Below, in pieces: positions 59,553 to 64,000 of a stretch of 64,000 nt of DNA. The translations under genes and the position numbers were made by a program. Below the pieces are notes generated by a model. It saw only the letters and a list, made by a program, of their open reading frames with translations, searched no databases and was not told the origin of the DNA. Origin of the DNA: Actinomycetes bacterium (lineage in GTDB: Bacteria > Actinomycetota > Acidimicrobiia > Acidimicrobiales > RAAP-2); assembly GCA_021786095.1 (NCBI GenBank), contig JAJYNX010000098.1:448-64447 (forward strand). Direction: 5' to 3'. Positions within the stretch are counted from its first letter, which is position 1. Each line of letters opens with the position of its first letter.

Positions 59553-59823
59553 GGCCGCCAATGGGTCGTTTTGCGGTGCAGCACGTCGCACGTCGGCGGT
59601 GTCGCCGGAGAAGTCCGATGGCAACCACCAGGAGGACTCCTCCGGCGACTCCACCCACCACACCCAGGGTCACCACGCCCGCCGCCGCCAGAGCCGTGAC
59701 GATGGCCGGACCACCACAGCACAGCACCGGGATGGCGAAAAGCCACACTGAAGGGCGAGAACCCTCCGCGGTTGCGTGCTCGCCGGGACTCGGTCTTGAG
59801 CTCACGAGGGAACGCTCATTCAT
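59539..59823 (-). CDS. Small two-TM Cys-pair protein (MerF/MerT-like architecture)
   Basis: IPVLCCGGP in TM1, RRHRRRATCC tail. Confidence 0.65.
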   Translation of the reverse strand: MNERSLVSSRPSPGEHATAEGSRPSVWLFAIPVLCCGGPAIVTALAAAGVVTLGVVGGVAGGVLLVVAIGLLRRHRRRATCCTAKRPIGGHEHD

Positions 59824-59948
59824 TCGAGGTCCGCTGCTGACGGGTGATTTGTGGGACACAGCCATCGATATCTCCAGTGCGGGCCCAACGAATCGACTCA
59901 TCGCCCACTGTGCCGTCGAGGGCGCACGGCACACCCCCGTGTCGGCTC

Positions 59949-59978
59949 AAACTACTACGTAACTGTAGTAGTCGTCAA
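59949..59978 (-). promoter_or_regulatory. Promoter with a BlaI-type palindromic operator in its spacer
   Basis: TTGACG-N18-TAGTTT on the minus strand; ACTACTAC-N6-GTAGTAGT at 59951-59972. Confidence 0.7.
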
Positions 59979-60053
59979 GCCACTGCACGCTCGGTGATCG
60001 AGCCCCTGGACTCGATCACCGGTACCTGGTTCTGGTTCGATGCGGAGTCGGTC

Positions 60054-61055
60054 TCAACGGGGCGTGCCGTGAGCACGCCACGACCACGTCGGGCGCAGGC
60101 CGACCAGGGTTACGACGGCGAGACACCCAAGGAGGCCGACGGTACTCGCCGATGCCCCGGCGAGTGCGCAGCCCACCGACGCCACGATGACGGCGGTAGC
60201 GACGGCGGCGGCCGCGACGCGTGCGGTTGGCCATGGTGTCACGGGCTCGCGCCGAGTGAGGCGCGCCACCCGCGCGCGCAGTTCTGGGTCGACCGTGGCG
60301 TCAACCCCGTATCCCTCGTGTTCGACGTTCGTTCCACGAACTCGTGCCGAAACGCGAATCAGGGCTGATACCAAGGTGTCGACACCGACAGTGCGCGCCG
60401 CTTCGTCGTCGGCGGCAGCCTCGAGCGCTCGGCGAAGTCCTAGCCAGGCGCGGCGCACCGGGGGTAGTCGACCGTACGCGGACGCAATAGCACCGCCAAT
60501 GATGAGCAGGCGAGGATGTCCCAGACGAACGTGCGCCGCCTCGTGCTCACACACGGCCTCGCGCTCGCGACCTTCGAGCGAGATGAGCATGCCCGAGGTC
60601 ACGACCGCCCGACTGCGCCAGAGGCCCGACGCGAATGCCATCGGTCGATTTGAAGGAACCACCCACACCTCTCCGGCCGCGGTCGAGCGTCGAACGGACG
60701 ACACGCGGGCCGCCCGGTGCAGTTCGCTGCGCCGCGCGGAGACTGCGTGGCGCAGTCCTTGCCAGAGGAGAGCGCCAAATACGAGAGCCCCGGGGCCGTA
60801 GCCGAGCAGTTGCCATTGACCGTGGTTGAGCCCAAGGAGGCATCCTCCGCTCGCGGTGCGAACCCCTCCAAGCCACGAACCGAGGGCGCTTCCGAGACAC
60901 GTGACCCATATCGCGGGCAACAGCGCCCAGCCGAGGAGGTCAACGAGGTAGGCACCGGCGGCGACTCGAGGAGAGATGTCACTGTTGCGTCGCACGAGTG
61001 CGGGGAGGGAGATGAGCACCACGAGGAAGCTCAATCCGATGATGACGGCGTTCAC
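60054..61055 (-). CDS. M56-family membrane metallopeptidase (BlaR1-like)
   Basis: N-terminal TM helices, VVTSGML, VCEHEAAHVRLGH, EAAADDEA. Confidence 0.9.
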   Translation of the reverse strand: MNAVIIGLSFLVVLISLPALVRRNSDISPRVAAGAYLVDLLGWALLPAIWVTCLGSALGSWLGGVRTASGGCLLGLNHGQWQLLGYGPGALVFGALLWQGLRHAVSARRSELHRAARVSSVRRSTAAGEVWVVPSNRPMAFASGLWRSRAVVTSGMLISLEGREREAVCEHEAAHVRLGHPRLLIIGGAIASAYGRLPPVRRAWLGLRRALEAAADDEAARTVGVDTLVSALIRVSARVRGTNVEHEGYGVDATVDPELRARVARLTRREPVTPWPTARVAAAAVATAVIVASVGCALAGASASTVGLLGCLAVVTLVGLRPTWSWRAHGTPR

Positions 61056-61432
61056 GGGCGGCGTGCTCGCTTGATGACTGACGTCAACTCGGCCACAAGT
61101 TCGGGGTCGTCAAGACTGTCAACGAAGTGAGCGAGCGCAACCTTGGGGTGAGTTGTCGCCGAGAGAAGCGAGTGGATTGCTTGGGCAGTCAGCTCGTCGA
61201 CGTCGCCAGCTGCGCGGTAGAGGAACACCTTTCCCTCTTCGACTCGCTCCACGAGCGACTTGTCCACGAGACGGCCGAGAACGGTCATGACGGTTGTGTA
61301 CGCCCTGGGGCCATTCTCAAGTCGCTCAAGGATCTCGCGTCCCGAGAGTGCGGTACCGGTTGACCAGAGGACGTCGAGGATCTCGTTTTCGAGGTCGCCT
61401 ATGCGACGACCTGCAATGGAGCGCCTGGCCAC
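61052..61432 (-). CDS. BlaI/MecI/CopY-family repressor without a C-terminal Cys motif
   Basis: GDLENEILDVLW, AYTTVMTVLGRLVDKSLV, ALAHFV; RBS AGGAGG. Confidence 0.92.
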   Translation of the reverse strand: MARRSIAGRRIGDLENEILDVLWSTGTALSGREILERLENGPRAYTTVMTVLGRLVDKSLVERVEEGKVFLYRAAGDVDELTAQAIHSLLSATTHPKVALAHFVDSLDDPELVAELTSVIKRARRP

Positions 61433-61445
61433 CGATCTCTACCTC

Positions 61446-61472
61446 CTACGTTTTCGTAGTTTAGGTTCGTAG
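61446..61472 (-). promoter_or_regulatory. Candidate autoregulatory operator and -10 box of the blaI-like gene
   Basis: CTACG-tttt-CGTAG palindrome, second TTCGTAG half-site, minus-strand TAAACT at 61463-61458. Confidence 0.55.
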
Positions 61473-61654
61473 CCTGCTCCGCGGGTCAGGCACCGAGGGA
61501 ACTGATTCACAACCGCCCCGGCGACAGCCCACGTTGCAATGATGCACCGTCAGAGAGTGAGCGGCGCTGTCCGTTGGCGGCGACGACGAATAGTGACGAT
61601 CCGAAGTGATGTCGCGCCACACCGTCGGCTTCTGTGCTGGGGCGGAGGTCGTAG

Positions 61655-61933
61655 CGGGGCCCCGGCGCTGGCGCGACTGCGGACACCGAGTCCACGCGGC
61701 GTGCGAGGAACGTTGAAGATGTCGCGACCGATGACCTCCCGGGAGAGGAGGACCCCTCAGGTCAGGATCGCCTGACGTACGAGTACTACTCGGCCGACCT
61801 GGATGCGCGCACGGGCGAGAACTCCGATCTGCTCTACGAGCCCTTCCCCGAGGACTTCGGCTTCGACGAGATCGACGCCGAGGGCTACGCCTGGTCCGTG
61901 ACGAGCGACGACCCCCGCCCGCCGGGCAGCTAG
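61655..61933 (+). pseudogene. Start-less acidic coding fragment
   Basis: Open frame with GC-rich third positions (RLTYEYYSADLDARTGENSDLLYEPFPEDFGFDEIDAEGYAW) and no in-frame ATG/GTG/TTG near its 5' end. Confidence 0.4.
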
Positions 61934-62098
61934 CCCGTCCTCACCGCCACGGCGAGCCTCGCGGGACCTGACACGTCCCGCGAGGCCCTTGCGCGTCTCG
62001 CACGACTCTCGAATCGCCGCCGCACACGGCTGACCTCGCGCCGAGACCACTCGCTCGGCGGTTCAGGGCCTCACTCAGGTCGCCGGGCCGTCACGTCG

Positions 62099-62133
62099 CG
62101 ACTTTCGTCACCTCGTGGGTCCGACTTTCGTCA
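62099..62133. repeat. Two 12-bp direct repeats CGACTTTCGTCA, 23-bp period
   Basis: Copies at 62099-62110 and 62122-62133. Confidence 0.85.
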
Positions 62134-62476
62134 AGACCCCGTGGCGGGGTGATTGCGAAACCTTTAGGGCGAGTTGGCGACTGGGGACTGGAACTGCTGC
62201 GTACAGGCGCTCCACATGAATTCGAACGCAGTGACCACATCCCTTGATGAGGCACTTGGCAGTGCCCAACTCTTCAATGTCGGTGTCGGTGCCGGTGTCG
62301 CAGGAACGGGCGGTCGTCCCAGTGTTGCCGTCGCACTTGGCTTGAGGCGGTGTACGTGAGGAGTCGATATGTACGGGAGGGTGGGGTTGTGGACCCGACC
62401 GTCCTTGGTCGCGGACCGGTCGCAGTGGTCGTTGCTCGCAAGGCGGTTGCCGACTTCGAAGAATCAGGGCACGAAC

Positions 62477-63749
62477 TCAAGGAGAGGGGGTCCACATTCG
62501 ATCGAGGGGAACCACGTGAAGTCGATCCTCAGGGGAGTAGGTTCGTTGCCCCAGGTGGAGGGCGAACCCCGCGACGAAACCGCTTCCGAGCTTGTCACGA
62601 AGCAGCCGCAGACCCCTCAGTTCCTTCCCTGGAACGCTGTCCCCAGTCTTGATCTCGAAGCCGACCACCCCGCCGTCATCACGTTCGACCACGAGGTCGA
62701 CTTCATGGTCATCGCGAGTGCGCCAGTGGCCGAGACCTGCAACCTCCGGCGCCCACGACGCTTGCTTGATCAGTTCGCCGACCGCGAACGTCTCCAAGAG
62801 GTGACCGAGTTCCGTGAGAGCGGATGGGTCGCGAGCCGCGAGTTTTGCCGGGGTGAGGCGCAGAAGGCGAGCGGCGACCCCGGAGTCAACGACGTGGATC
62901 TTCGGTAGCGCGGCCGAGCGTGCCGACAGTGTTCTGCCCCATGCGTCGAGTCGGTAGATGAGGAAGACTTCTTCGAGCAGGGCGGTGTAGTTTTCCGCTG
63001 TCGAGGGGGCGAGCCCGATGTCACGAGCCGCGCCCTCGACGTTGAGCACCTGCGCGGTTTGACTGGCGAGGCGGGCGAGAAAGTTTGCGAGCTGCTGACC
63101 TTGGCGCAGTTTGCTCAACTCACGGACATCTCGCTCCAACGTGAGCTTCACGTAGTCGTCGAACCATCGTTGTCGGCTCTGGCTTGTGGAAGCTGCAAGT
63201 GCCAGCGGGAAGCCTCCCGCACAGATCCTGGTGATGTACTCGTCGCGCGACGTCGACGAGACCTGGGATGTCACCAGAGTGGTGGGATCACGTAGCGCCC
63301 GAACGAGGAAGTCTTCATGGACACCGGGAAGCTCTCCCTGGGACAGTGGGTATACGGGCAGGCGGGAGAGCCGACCCGTGAGTGCCTGAGCTGTTGCCGG
63401 CAGCGCGTCGTGGCGCGTGGACCCCACTGGAACGTATCGGCCTGGGCTGGTTGAACAGTGAGTTCCGCCTTGATGACGTTCAGGATGTGAGGGGCCTTCT
63501 GGTACTCGTCGATGCACACCGTCTCCTCTCCACCGAGGAGGAGGCTGGCGTTGGCGAGCGCCGCGCTTCTCCTCGCCCGATCGTCGAGGCTGACGAGCCG
63601 TCCGCCACTGGAGTCCGCGACCTGGCGGAGCAACGTGGACTTGCCGACGCTGCGGGGACCCTCCAGGAGGAGGACGGGGTGTCGAGCATCCGGCTGAGCG
63701 CCTCGGGTAGGCAGCGGCGGGCTATCACATCGATCGACTGTCGTGCCAT
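62477..63749 (-). pseudogene. AAA_14 + DUF4143 ATPase with two frameshifts
   Basis: Three frames carry consecutive parts: MARQSIDVIARR...DTP / VLLLEGPRSVGKSTLL...IDEYQ...IKAEL / GSTRHDALP...GGFP...HWRTRDDHEVDLVVE...GFEIK; shifts near 63677 and 63455. Confidence 0.85.
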
Positions 63750-63836
63750 CCCGTGACTCCTCCATGAACTGGGGCTATGGAGGCCTTTAGATTGGGGTTT
63801 TGGAGACTATTGAATTGGGGTTATGCGAGCTACCCA

Positions 63837-64000
63837 TCAAGCCCGTGCCCGGCGCACCAGGAGGAAGTTCGCCCCGAGTAAAAGCGCCGCACTCGCCAGG
63901 TAGAGGCCACCCTCACGCAACTGCAGCGTCCAGTATTGGTTGTCGGCCACGTACCCTTCGACTTGGTGCAGGCCGAGCTATTTCAGGCACGTCGCGTACT
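63837..64000 (-). pseudogene. 3' end of an actinobacterial ABC-permease-like gene with an in-frame TAG
   Basis: YATCLK*LGLHQVEGYVADNQYWTLQLREGGLYLASAALLLGANFLLVRRARA; TAG at 63980-63978. Confidence 0.55.

Noticed and set aside
62104-62141. Tn3-type 38-bp inverted repeat
   Set aside because: Only the GGGGTCT start resembles it; no TAAG end and no partner repeat
62163-62455. Minus-strand open frame containing HNPTLPYISTPHVHR...SWALP
   Set aside because: Vaguely protein-like but has no start and mixed codon usage; needs a profile search
63790-63822. ATTGGGGTT repeated twice
   Set aside because: Only two 9-bp copies with no supporting context

Overview
GC-rich actinobacterial chromosome segment. 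The gene content (serS, senX3-regX3, MarP protease, ctaA/ctaB, gabT, putA, Cys-repeat lipoprotein) suggests an Acidimicrobiia-like, probably acid-adapted organism; this taxon call is an inference. The window has four tRNAs (Ile-GAT, Ala-TGC, Arg-ACG, Ser-CGA). The left edge is an IS1595-family element whose transposase the ORF track missed because it runs off the window. The right end (~58-64 kb) is a more A/T-rich, decaying accessory region with a BlaI/M56-linked Cys-pair membrane module and two pseudogenes. Three loci stand out. (1) 25.4-31.9 kb: an operon of three cupredoxin-like proteins with a non-canonical His...C-x3-C...M-x5-M motif, a Tat-exported ActB2/NrfC-type Fe-S protein, an ActC/NrfD quinol-site subunit and two accessory membrane proteins, beside a divergent two-component system. 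It looks like an alternative-complex-III core with copper proteins in place of c-type cytochromes and is the best candidate for an undescribed system. (2) 4.6-6.3 kb: a split cytochrome b plus subunit-IV-like pair with no Rieske or cytochrome c1 partner, next to heme A/O synthesis genes. (3) 14.0-18.8 kb: a five-gene minimal type IV secretion-like cluster among core genes, with no relaxase or integrase. All calls come from motif reading only; no searches were run.
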